Source of the DNA: Magnetococcales bacterium DCbin2
Lineage (GTDB): Bacteria; Pseudomonadota; Magnetococcia; Magnetococcales; UBA8363
DNA length: 64,000 nt
Reading direction: 5' to 3'
Assembly (NCBI GenBank): GCA_002753615.1
Contig: PEAO01000001.1
Location: 28,319-92,318, forward strand
Shown here: positions 46,895-57,100 of the stretch, piece after piece
Layout of the letters: each line of letters opens with the position of its first letter
How positions within the stretch are numbered: position 1 is the stretch's first letter
Position numbers and translations under genes: made by a program
Notes under the pieces: generated by a model
Told to the model about the DNA's origin: nothing
The model's input: only the letters and a program-made list of their open reading frames with translations
Databases searched by the model: none

Positions 46895-49361
46895 GCAGCA
46901 TCAGGGCCATTTTGTGTCCCGCATCCTTATCCAAAATGGTTTGGCAACACCCTTTGACCCCATCCCAGTCACCTTCTTCCAACAGCAATTGTGCCAGCTT
47001 GACCTGGCTTACAAAATCATCCTTGGCGATTCGTGTATAATCTTTGTAGATGCCAATCGCCATGGACCGTTCACCCGTCATGCGTAACAAATCGGCAAGG
47101 AATGGGAAATGGGCCAAAGAGTTTTCCGCCAGACGTTTGGCAACCGCCGTGGCACTCACCAATTCTCTGCGTCGCAGGTGTACCGTCAATTGGCGTTGCA
47201 ATCCTTCCATGATTAACGGTTTATAGGAAATCATGCGATACCATTTCAAAGCTTGATCAAAATCGGCATCCTGTTCGGCCAAAAGTCCCCGGATCAGAGA
47301 GACAAATTGATCCTTTTCTTCCATGGTCCCCTGGCTGATTCCATCCATAAAGTTTTTCAGCCGTTCGATTTCATTATTTTGATACATGGTCATGATCTTG
47401 AAACGGACGGCACCTGGGGCCGCCAGACGATTTTTGCAATGCTCCTTATAGTCATTTTGGGTTTGTTGCATCAGGGCGATGAATTCATTTTGAAACGCTT
47501 CCAGCCGCGTTTTCATTTTTTCGGGATAACTGTCGGGCGACTTCTGCTGCTTGGCGAGGAAAACGGCCACGCGCCCCTGTTGGCCATCTTTTTGATATTG
47601 TTCCAGGATTGCCTTGATATTGGGCGATTTTTTCTCCTCTTCCATGCGAGATTGGACGCGGGCGCGGTTTTCGTCGATGGTTTTTAACAGGTTGGTGGCA
47701 CTATCGCGATAAATCTCATAATAACGACGGCCAACGGTTTCAATTTCTTCATCGCTCCATTCCTTGTTTTTATCGGGTCGGCTTAACTTGAGGAGATCAC
47801 CAACACTCCACCGTTTGACCAGACGGGAGGCATCGACCAATTCGCCATCCAAAATGGCTTCAATGGCATCCATCCGTTTTTTATATTTAAAATCGGGTGG
47901 CTTTCCTTTTCTGCCGAATAACCGCTGATTGCAATCGATCCCTTCGATCGTCAGTTTTCGGATGCGGCGAATCTCGCCTCGAAGGCGCAATAACTCGGTT
48001 TCGACCTGTTGAAAATGGTTGAGACGATCTTCGGAACTTTCTGCGGGGAGTGTTTGTTGGATCACTTCCCAGGCGGTGCGGTCCACCGGCTCACAGTGCA
48101 GTTGATCCCAGGGATGCCAGGCAATTCCTTCAATTTTAGCTGCTGCCGCCGCTGGATTGATCACCTCACACCCATGGGATTGGGCATATTCCGCCAATGA
48201 ATGCAGGGCGGGCAAGGCATTGAAGAAATCACTGCTGGTTTCGGCCCGCCAGCCGCCGTTGGTTTCAACCCAAAGTTCCGAACGGTGGACATACGGCCCG
48301 GTCGCCATTTCGATGCTGCCACGGGCATGGGTAAACCCTTCCTTGCTGAAACATAAATCGAATCCTGCCAGGATAATTCTGGAAAATCCCATCTCCACCG
48401 CCGTCCCCAGGGCCTGATGGCTGACGGTAATGCCCGGATAATTGCGCGATGCAGGATTCAACGGGGTTGGCCAGGGAAAGAGGGTTCCCATGAACAGGCT
48501 ACGCCCCCGCCATAACCCGACGAGCCGGGGGTTGAGATGGTACATGTTGACCAGGAGGCTTTTTTCGTGGAATTCGAGCGTTTTTTTGCTCTGATGGAAG
48601 ATAATGTCGTTCGGATCGATGGCAAACAGCATATCCGGTACAATGTTTTGGGCTGCCAACTGTTCGGCGATACGCGCTACCGCCATGACGACAAGATTAT
48701 CTCGATTTTTTTTGACCCAATCAAAACTTTCATCCAAAGAGGGTCCGCCTCCCAAAAGTACAGCGGTGCGTCCCTTGAAAACCTGATCGAAAAGGATGAC
48801 GGGGGTGCGGTTTTCCGCCAGATTTTCCAGGCCCTTGACCATGAAAATCCGGGAACCGGTCTCCTGGGCCACTCCGATCTGGAATTGGCCGAGGCGTTCG
48901 TCAAAATCGTTCCAAAGTTTCACGTAGGCGGCATGGTTGCCATCGATGACCGCCATGGAACGCAGGGAGATGACATTGCCAATGTAAAAATAATCCTTAA
49001 GGGATAACTCCTCCGCCTTTTTTAACCATGTATCGGGGGTGGCGATGGCAATATGGTCTGGCAATTGGGGGGGGAGTATGTGTTCATCGTGGAGGCGTTG
49101 CAGTAGTTCGGGGTGTTCGATAAACAGATACCGGCTTCCTTCGCCGGTTTTTTTATGACAAATCCAGTTGACGAGCAATCCACCATCGGTGCCGGGGATC
49201 AGATGCAGGGAATCCTTGTTTTGCAGGATATTTCCGAAATGTCGTTGAAAATAACTTTCCGAACCGATTTTGGAAAAGGTTTCACCGTTGATGGCGGGAA
49301 AATACCGTTCACCAAAAGAGTTGGTGAGGATGGTACCAAAGGGTGGGGTAGTATCGCTCAT
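46854..49361 (-). CDS. Motility-associated factor (Maf, DUF115/MptE-like) glycosyltransferase with C-terminal helical/TPR-like region
   Basis: AVLLGGGPSLDESFDWVKKNRDNLVVMAV.RIAEQL...NIVPDMLFAIDPND is the DUF115 core pattern. It sits within a nonulosonic-acid gene cluster. Confidence 0.65.
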   Translation of the reverse strand: MSDTTPPFGTILTNSFGERYFPAINGETFSKIGSESYFQRHFGNILQNKDSLHLIPGTDGGLLVNWICHKKTGEGSRYLFIEHPELLQRLHDEHILPPQLPDHIAIATPDTWLKKAEELSLKDYFYIGNVISLRSMAVIDGNHAAYVKLWNDFDERLGQFQIGVAQETGSRIFMVKGLENLAENRTPVILFDQVFKGRTAVLLGGGPSLDESFDWVKKNRDNLVVMAVARIAEQLAAQNIVPDMLFAIDPNDIIFHQSKKTLEFHEKSLLVNMYHLNPRLVGLWRGRSLFMGTLFPWPTPLNPASRNYPGITVSHQALGTAVEMGFSRIILAGFDLCFSKEGFTHARGSIEMATGPYVHRSELWVETNGGWRAETSSDFFNALPALHSLAEYAQSHGCEVINPAAAAAKIEGIAWHPWDQLHCEPVDRTAWEVIQQTLPAESSEDRLNHFQQVETELLRLRGEIRRIRKLTIEGIDCNQRLFGRKGKPPDFKYKKRMDAIEAILDGELVDASRLVKRWSVGDLLKLSRPDKNKEWSDEEIETVGRRYYEIYRDSATNLLKTIDENRARVQSRMEEEKKSPNIKAILEQYQKDGQQGRVAVFLAKQQKSPDSYPEKMKTRLEAFQNEFIALMQQTQNDYKEHCKNRLAAPGAVRFKIMTMYQNNEIERLKNFMDGISQGTMEEKDQFVSLIRGLLAEQDADFDQALKWYRMISYKPLIMEGLQRQLTVHLRRRELVSATAVAKRLAENSLAHFPFLADLLRMTGERSMAIGIYKDYTRIAKDDFVSQVKLAQLLLEEGDWDGVKGCCQTILDKDAGHKMALMLLEKATHQQGAADA

Positions 49362-49467
49362 GGTTGAGAAGTCTTTGGCTAAGAAGTTAAAAGAGAACTT
49401 GATTTTTACTTGGAGGGGAGCCTATCTTCAAGAGATTATTGGCAGTTGTACGCAGTTTCGACCGTGA

Positions 49468-50958
49468 ATGGTAACCATGTCATCAGACCCCTCCGATCCT
49501 GTACAAACTTTAATCCATGAATCGGTCCGGTTGCTCAAGAGCAATTTGGGAAAAGAGGTTGTTGCCCGCATCAAGCCTTTCATTCAGCAATTTCCGGGCC
49601 ATCCACGATTGCATCATCTCCTGGGATTGGCCCTGGAGCAATGCGGTGATGCCGATGCCGCCATGCATCACGTCAGCCGGGCCATCGCTCTGGAGCCTGA
49701 CGAGGGGGAATCGTATAAGTCATTGGCCATGTTGCTGAGGAAAAAAGGGAAAATTTCTATTGCTCTGGCCAGGGCTATGGATGCCCTGGAACGGAGACCC
49801 CAGGATTCGGATATTCACTTTTTGTTGGGTGATCTCCATATGGATCGGGGGGCCATGGAACAGGCGATAGCCAGTTTGACCCAGGCCGTTACCCTGCAAC
49901 CGGAATTTTTATCCGCATGGATCAATTTGGGGTTGTGTTACAAGGCTCAGGGACAATTGGTCCGTGCCAAAGAATGTTTTGAACAGGTTTTGACTATTGA
50001 CCCCGAAAGCTCGTTGGCCCACGTTAATTTGGCTTTGACATGGTTGCTTCTGGGGGAGTATGGACGCGGTTTTGATGCCTTTGAATGGCGTTTTCGTTTA
50101 CCGTCGGGGGAACATCCCCCCATTCCACCACCGGAAAATATTCCTCGGTGGCATGGAGAGTCTTTGCAGGGCAAGAATATCCTGGTCATCGCGGAACAGG
50201 GTTATGGGGATACCATTCAGTTTGTCCGGTTTTTGCCGCGATTGGAATCTTTGGGTGCCAAGGTCCATGTGATGGTACCGGTCCCCCTTGAATCTTTGTT
50301 GGCGCGGCATCCAGAAATGGGGCAGGTGCAATCCACGACCCGGTGGGAGGAAACATTGGATTATTTTATCCCCATGATGAGTCTGGGGCAATTTTTTGCG
50401 CGCGACCTGGGGCAACTGGCTATTTTTTCCGACTATCTGACTGCCGACCCTGAAAAATCTTGTTATTGGCAACGCCGGTTACCGCAGGATCGTTTGAAAG
50501 TTGGTTTGGTATGGGAGGGAAAGCCCTTACATAGCAACGACCCTCTGCGACGCCGTTCGGTGACGCCGCATGATCTTGCCCCCCTGGGGCAGTTGCCGGA
50601 GGAGAAAGTTGTGTTTGTCAGTTTGCAACGGGAGGTCACTCAGGAACAACGGCACTGTTTTCCCCAAGGGATGACGGTGGTGGATGTTGGAATGGATTTG
50701 CACGATTTTTCCGATACGGCGGCGGTGATGGCCAATCTGGATTTGATGATCACCGTCGATACCGCTGCGGCGCATCTGGCGGGGGCCATGGGGAAACCTG
50801 CTTGGGTGCTGCTCCCTTTGGCACCCGATTGGCGGTGGAGTATGGATCGGGATTCTTCTCCCTGGTATCCCAGTTCCAAGCTTTATCGGCAAACCCGGAT
50901 CAATCATTGGGAGGGGCCGATCCGTCAAATGGTCATCGATCTGAGAAACAGGCTATGA
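49468..50958 (+). CDS. TPR-repeat protein with C-terminal GT9-like (heptosyltransferase-fold) glycosyltransferase domain
   Basis: N-terminal TPRs (..HLLGLALEQCGDADAAM.H..RAIAL.P). C-terminal AEQGYGDTIQFVRFLP...WEGKP...DLHDFSDTAAVMANLDLMITVDTAAAHLAGAMGKP.W.LL. Confidence 0.7.
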   Translation: MVTMSSDPSDPVQTLIHESVRLLKSNLGKEVVARIKPFIQQFPGHPRLHHLLGLALEQCGDADAAMHHVSRAIALEPDEGESYKSLAMLLRKKGKISIALARAMDALERRPQDSDIHFLLGDLHMDRGAMEQAIASLTQAVTLQPEFLSAWINLGLCYKAQGQLVRAKECFEQVLTIDPESSLAHVNLALTWLLLGEYGRGFDAFEWRFRLPSGEHPPIPPPENIPRWHGESLQGKNILVIAEQGYGDTIQFVRFLPRLESLGAKVHVMVPVPLESLLARHPEMGQVQSTTRWEETLDYFIPMMSLGQFFARDLGQLAIFSDYLTADPEKSCYWQRRLPQDRLKVGLVWEGKPLHSNDPLRRRSVTPHDLAPLGQLPEEKVVFVSLQREVTQEQRHCFPQGMTVVDVGMDLHDFSDTAAVMANLDLMITVDTAAAHLAGAMGKPAWVLLPLAPDWRWSMDRDSSPWYPSSKLYRQTRINHWEGPIRQMVIDLRNRL

Positions 50959-52448
50959 GCGAAGAGACAATTCCACAGTTATTGCAGCAGGCCACCGAGT
51001 TTTACGCTCAGGGTAATCTCGCCAAGGCGGGTGCGCTGGCCAACCAGGTCTATGGCAAACAACCCGATAACCATCATGCCCTCTATATTCTAGGGATGGT
51101 CGCCAATGCCGCTGGTCGGGATACACTGGCGGTGACGTTGTTACAGCAGGCCATCGCCATCCATGCGCAGCACCCTTATTATTATTTTCATTTGGGGAGT
51201 ATTCTGCAAGGTCAGGAACGATTGGTACGGGCCAAAGATGCTTATCAGTCGGCCCTTCAACTCAAACCTGATTTTTGTGAAGCGCATTTGAATCTGGGCA
51301 ATATTCAGTTTTTAGAGGGCGATGCCGGGGGTGCCAGGGAAAGTTTTCAGGCGGCCATCGCCTGTAATCCCAATCATGCCACGGCTTATTTCAATCTTGG
51401 GGTGTTATCTCAGGAAGAGGGCAATCATGAAGCTGCTCTGTTGTCTATTGATCGTTCGCTACAGTGTCATCCCGATGCCCCCCAGGCCCACATGGCCAAA
51501 GCATTTTCATTGCTGATGCTGGAGCGTTTTGCCGAGGGATGGCTGGAATATGAATGGCGTTGGCGTCTGGACAATCTTTCGCCACGGATTTGTCCCAAAC
51601 CTCGTTGGCAGGGCGAATCATTGGCGGGGAAGAGTATCTATGTTTATACCGAACAGGGTTTTGGCGATGCCATCATGGTGTGCCGCCTTTTGAAGTTATT
51701 GAAGGCTGGAGGGGCACGGGTTCATTTTGAGTGTAAGGCGGAGTTGGAATCTTTGTTTCGCCTTGCCGAGTTGTCGGATTTACTGCACATCCGCCAGCCC
51801 GATGATGTCGATCCTCCCCCTTTTGACTATGATGTGCATCTTCCCATCATGAGTTTGCCTGGTTTTTTCATCCAGACTTTGGCCGACATTCCCAAGGAAA
51901 TTCCTTATTTGAAGGCAGACCCTGATCGCCTTCTGTATTGGTGTCGTCGTCTGAATCCGGGACATGGATTAAAAGTGGGGCTGAACTGGTCCGGCAATCC
52001 CACCGCTACCGCCAACCGTTACCGGGCTTGCACGCTTCAGGATTTATATCCACTGACCCAGGTTCCTGGAGTCCGTTTTTTCAGTTTGCAAAAGGGATCA
52101 CCCGCCGAGCAGTTGCGGTTTGTGGACCAGGAGGGAAAAATCACCGATTATGCGGACGAGTTGGTTGATTTTGCCGAAACTGCCGCATTATTAAGCAATT
52201 TGGATTTGTTGATTTCCACCGATACGGCTGTGGTGCATTTGGCGGGGGCGTTGGGGATTCCCACCTGGACGTTGTTGCATACTGGTTCCGAGTGGCGTTG
52301 GCTGGCGCATCGTGATGACAGCCCTTGGTATCCTGGTATGCGGTTGTTTCGTCAAAAGACTCCCAAAGATTGGGCGTCGATGATTGCGGATGTTGTCCAG
52401 GAGTTGAAAATTTTTCGTCGGGGATTACGGAAAAAGTCGATGCCATGA
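50955..52448 (+). CDS. Second TPR + GT9-like glycosyltransferase (tandem paralog)
   Basis: ATG 50955 overlaps the upstream TGA (ATGA). Same architecture: TEQGFGDAIMVCRLL...NWSGNP...LVDFAETAALLSNLDLLISTDTAVVHLAGALGIPTWTLL. Confidence 0.7.
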   Translation: MSEETIPQLLQQATEFYAQGNLAKAGALANQVYGKQPDNHHALYILGMVANAAGRDTLAVTLLQQAIAIHAQHPYYYFHLGSILQGQERLVRAKDAYQSALQLKPDFCEAHLNLGNIQFLEGDAGGARESFQAAIACNPNHATAYFNLGVLSQEEGNHEAALLSIDRSLQCHPDAPQAHMAKAFSLLMLERFAEGWLEYEWRWRLDNLSPRICPKPRWQGESLAGKSIYVYTEQGFGDAIMVCRLLKLLKAGGARVHFECKAELESLFRLAELSDLLHIRQPDDVDPPPFDYDVHLPIMSLPGFFIQTLADIPKEIPYLKADPDRLLYWCRRLNPGHGLKVGLNWSGNPTATANRYRACTLQDLYPLTQVPGVRFFSLQKGSPAEQLRFVDQEGKITDYADELVDFAETAALLSNLDLLISTDTAVVHLAGALGIPTWTLLHTGSEWRWLAHRDDSPWYPGMRLFRQKTPKDWASMIADVVQELKIFRRGLRKKSMP

Positions 52449-53383
52449 TAAGGATCTGGGGGGAGAGTCCTACAGAAATTTTTTCTTGGAAAAACAATTC
52501 CAAATCGTGTAGCGTTACATAGAGGGTGAAATGAGGGGGCTAGCACGGATTATTGCCAATGGTGATTCTGGGTTGGGGCTATGAAACTCAAAACCGAAGG
52601 GTGTTTGGAATGCAGTGAGGTCGGAGAGGGGGATGGCGCATTGACTGTTGCACAGATGGATCGCGATCATGCCCGACGGATGGATGAGGAGATGCGGTTG
52701 TCTGGAATGAAACATACCTCCTGGTCGTCTATCTCAGCCGATGAGGAGGATCTTGAACCTTCTTGATCGGGTTGCCTTTTCCTGAGTTGGCTGTTCAACC
52801 GTAGCGGTGGGTTTTCACGCAAAAATTTCAAACCAAGACAAGTCAGGCAAATATTATACAATATTAATTTGTTATAATAAAGTATTTTCCGAATAGAGTG
52901 GCCTTGTCCTGCATGGTGAAGGCAGGATCTTAGAATAGGATTATAATAATGAACATTCATTGTTTTATATTTTAGCAAGATAATTGCGTGTATTTTTTAA
53001 ATAAGGGGGGCGATGCCTGTGATTGTGCTTGAAATGGCCCTGAAAATTGCTTATGATGAGTGTCAAGGGTGAAAATGATGTTCATGGAAAAGAACTGGGC
53101 CAAGGAGGAGCGTGGTTGGTGCGCGGGGGTGTATGAAAATTAGAATAATCGCAAAAAGCGCGTGATAGACTAGGTGTCATTATTTGCGGTTGGCTACACA
53201 AAGACCCCCGGTTTGCTTCGATGATGGGGACCTGGAGGTGATTTTGGGCAGATGGTATCCGGTTGGTTGAATCTTCGTTGCTCTTGAATTGAAAAAGTTG
53301 ACATCTCCTGGCTGCGGTGGCCGCTCTGGCGGCACTCCGGTGGGTTCGTGTTTGTCAAAAATCCTTGTCGAGTGAGTCGAACC

Positions 53384-54139
53384 ATGACTAAGAAACCCCC
53401 TTCCGATACGGAATCTCCAAGCACTGTCCTGGAAGAGTTGACGGCGGCCCAGATCAAAGAACTCGAAGCATCCCGTCGCAGTGAAGAAGAAGCCCGTTTA
53501 CATGCCGAAGCGGAAAAAATTCGCCAAATTCGTGAGGAAGAGGCCCAAAAAGGGAAAAAAAAGGTCGTCGAGAAAATTTCCATTGAAGATGCCCCCGTCG
53601 TCATGGAAGAAAAAAAACAGGGACTCCCGGAAAGAATTAAAAAATTACCCAAAGACCATCCCGAACGGATCCTCTTTGAAAAAGGATACAACGCACGGCA
53701 ACACAGAGAGGGGAATAAAGCCTCCCAAAGGAAACGGCATTTTGCCCCCGTTATCAGCAAAATGTTTATTTTGGACGTGTTGGTCTTCTTGGCCGCTGTG
53801 GGCGGTCTGTACTACGGTGCCATTCAATATGCCGTTGCCGTGGAAGATACCCGCGATGCCATCGTCAAAATACTGAAACAAAAACATTATTCCCTTAACG
53901 ACCCCAAAATATCCGGGGATTTTCTATATCTGCATACAGTCAACTGGCTCCCTAAGCTCTACGCCCTCTACAGTACCGCAAAATCCTTGGATATCAATTA
54001 TGATACGTTTGAGGACAATCCTGAGGAGGGGACGTATCTCGACTATATCCGGCGGCACAATAAGCCGTTTGACGAAAGAGAAGCGATGGTCTGGCGGGTG
54101 CGCGAAGTCCGTAAACCCAGCAAAGGGAGAAGCCAATAA
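53384..54139 (+). CDS. Hypothetical K/E-rich protein with one TM segment
   Basis: Charged N-half (EEARLHAEAEKIRQIREEEAQKGKKK), TM MFILDVLVFLAAVGGLYYGAI. No motif recognised. Start could be 53348 (track) or ATG 53384. Confidence 0.4.
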   Translation: MTKKPPSDTESPSTVLEELTAAQIKELEASRRSEEEARLHAEAEKIRQIREEEAQKGKKKVVEKISIEDAPVVMEEKKQGLPERIKKLPKDHPERILFEKGYNARQHREGNKASQRKRHFAPVISKMFILDVLVFLAAVGGLYYGAIQYAVAVEDTRDAIVKILKQKHYSLNDPKISGDFLYLHTVNWLPKLYALYSTAKSLDINYDTFEDNPEEGTYLDYIRRHNKPFDEREAMVWRVREVRKPSKGRSQ

Positions 54140-54159
54140 CCGGCCATTTGCGGATCATG

Positions 54160-57100
54160 TCACTGTGCCGTTTTTTTCCCCGCAAGGGTGTCGAGTATCC
54201 GTTCCAGGTGTTGTAGGCGTGCATGGGGGTCTTCCCAGTTGCGCTCTCGAAACGAAAGCAGATTTTTGTCTTGATTAAATAATACCGATCCTCCCCCTTT
54301 CCGAATCATGTCGATCAACACCGGCGGGTGGATGTTGGGTTGCGGGTGAAAGGTGAAAACCGCCCCTTTGGGGCCAGCCTCCAGTTTCAACACCTTCACG
54401 GTAACGCATTTTCTTTTGATGGATACCACCTTCAATAGATTTTCCACCGAGGTGGGGAGGGGACCAAAACGGTCGGTGAACTCCACCTTCATTTCCGCAG
54501 TTTCCTCCGACGATTTTAACTCGGCGACCCGTTTATAGAGTGTCAAACGCAAATTCATGTCGGTGATGTAGGTGTCGGGGATGTTGGTGGACAAACTCAG
54601 GTTGATCATAGGGACGATTTCTTCTTCCGGCATCTCCCCTTGGGCATCCACAACCGTCCCCGCACCAAAGGCTTCCACCGCTTCCTTGAGCATTTGGTTG
54701 TATAATTCAAAGCCTATTTCTTTGATGTGACCCGATTGGGCATCCCCCAAGACGTTGCCAACGCCGCGAATTTCCATATCCTGACTGGCCAACATAAAAC
54801 CCGATCCCAACTCTTCCAACGATTCGATTGCCTCCAACCGTTTTCGGGCATCGGCGGATTGAGCCTGGATGGGGGGGGTGAGCAGATAGGCATAGGCCCG
54901 ATGGCGGGAGCGTCCGACCCGACCCCGTAATTGATGCAGTTGCGCCAGACCAAAATGATCGGCCCGATGAATGATGATGGTATTGGCACTGGGGATATCG
55001 ACCCCGTTTTCAATGATGGTGGTACATAGGAGGACGTTGAACTCCTGGCGATAAAATGAAACCATGATCCGTTCAAGGCGACCTACGGGCATTTGTCCAT
55101 GGGCGATGCCGATTTTGGCTTCTGGGACCAGTTCCAGGAGCCGATGGGACATCCGTTCGATCTCCTGAACCTTGTTGAACACATAAAAAACCTGCCCACC
55201 ACGATAAATTTCTCGAAGAATCGCCTCCCGAATGCGGCTTGGAGAATATTCAATGACAAAGGTTCGTATGGCTAGGCGGTTGGTCGGGGGGGTGGCGATG
55301 ATGGAGATGTCACGGATGCCCGACATGGCCATGTGCAGGGTACGGGGGATCGGGGTTGCGGTCAGGGTGAGAATATCGACATTGGCACGCATTTTTTTGA
55401 TCTGTTCCTTGTGGACGACACCGAAACGTTGTTCCTCATCCACAACCAAAAGTCCAAGATCCTTGAATCCGACATCTTCCTGCAACAGCCGATGGGTGCC
55501 GATGATGATATCGGTTCTCCCTTCGCGGGTTTTTTCGACTAGTTCGGTCAATTGTTTTGCGCTGCGAAACCGCGACATGACCGCGACGTTGACGGGGTAG
55601 GGGGCAAAACGGCGGGAAAAGGTTTCATAATGTTGTTGCGCCAGAATGGTGGTGGGGGCCAGGACCGCCACCTGTTTGCCATCCATGACGCAGCGAAAGG
55701 CGGCCCGTAACGCCACTTCCGTCTTTCCAAACCCCACGTCGCCACAAATCAATCGATCCATGGCGTGGGGGGAGGTCATGTCTGCCAGGACCGCCTCGAT
55801 GGCTTGGGCCTGATCGGGGGTCTCCTCGTAGGGGAACGTGGCACCAAATTCATGGTCGGCGGCATGGGGCGGGGAAAAACGGATCCCCTGAGCGGTTTCC
55901 CGTTTGGCTTGAATGGCCACCAGTTCCGCAGCCATTTCCAAAATTTTCTTTTTGACCTTCTGTCGGGTCTTTTTCCACTTGGTTCCACCCAGTTTATCCA
56001 GGATTACCTCGTCGGAACCGGCATACTTGCTGACCCGATCCAGGTTTTCCACCGGAACATAGAGTTTATCCGAGCCGGCGTAGGTCAGCAGAAGAAAATC
56101 GTTTTGGATTCCTCCCACCGCCAAAGTATGTAGACCGCCAAAACAGCCGATGCCATGATCGGCGTGGACGACAAAACTCCCCTCTTTTAGATTGCGAAAG
56201 GAGGCCAATATCCGGTCAAGATAGTTGGGGTCGGTGTGTTTACGACGGGTGCGGGTTCCCAGGATCGCATCTTCATGGATCACCGTCAGGCCAAGACCGG
56301 AATGGGAAAAACCGTTGGCCAAATCACCGATGACCAATTGGATCACATTGGTTGCGGTCGTCAGTGCCTGATGCCAGCTCAGGGCGGTTTCCGATTTTTG
56401 TCCATGATCGGCCAGTAACTCCCCAACCCGGTCGCGTTGGCCCAGGGAACGGGCGGAAACAATGATACGTTGACGCCGTTTTTTCTCCCCTTTGATGAAG
56501 GCGACGACGCGATCCAAAACCGAATGTCCTGCGGGAACCTCCTCGCTCACCGGATCGAGAAATTCGGGAATGGCTTCAAAACCGAGGGAGCATCCCCCTT
56601 CGGAGGGATGATTGTCGATCCCAACGCTATGAAAACGGTCCAAAGACTCCATGAGTTGGCTGGCAGTCAGATAGAAACGGTCGGAAGGGAGCAACCGTCT
56701 CTGGGCGGCTGGGTCTTCTTGTAACAAAAGCTCTTTTTGGGTCTCTATCTTTTGGGCAAAGGCAACCGCTGCCGGTTCGACATCGGTATCGAGGATAACG
56801 TGACTCCCTTCGGGGAGATAATCGGTCAACAGGTCGGTGGTTTCGTAGAACAGGGGGAGGAATCGTTCCATCCCTTGGAGTTTTGCCCCGGAAGAAATGA
56901 CTTTATAGAGTTCATCCTGGGCCGCTTGGCCTCCGAAAGTTTCGCGGTATTGGGTCCGAAAACAGCGGATGGTCTCCTCGGTCAGGAGGACTTCACTCAT
57001 GGGGAGGGTTTCCAGCCGGGAGGCTCTTTGGGTAGACCTTTGGGTGTGGATGTCAAAATGGCGGATGGTTTCCACTTGGTCGCCGAATAGTTCAATCCGC

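Noticed and set aside
53194-53760. 188-aa minus-strand ORF overlapping the 53384-54139 hypothetical gene
   Set aside because: Its Ser/Phe-rich low-complexity sequence is typical of the antisense of a Lys/Glu-rich coding frame. The + strand ORF has a plausible TM and a longer open frame. Neither ORF is strongly supported.
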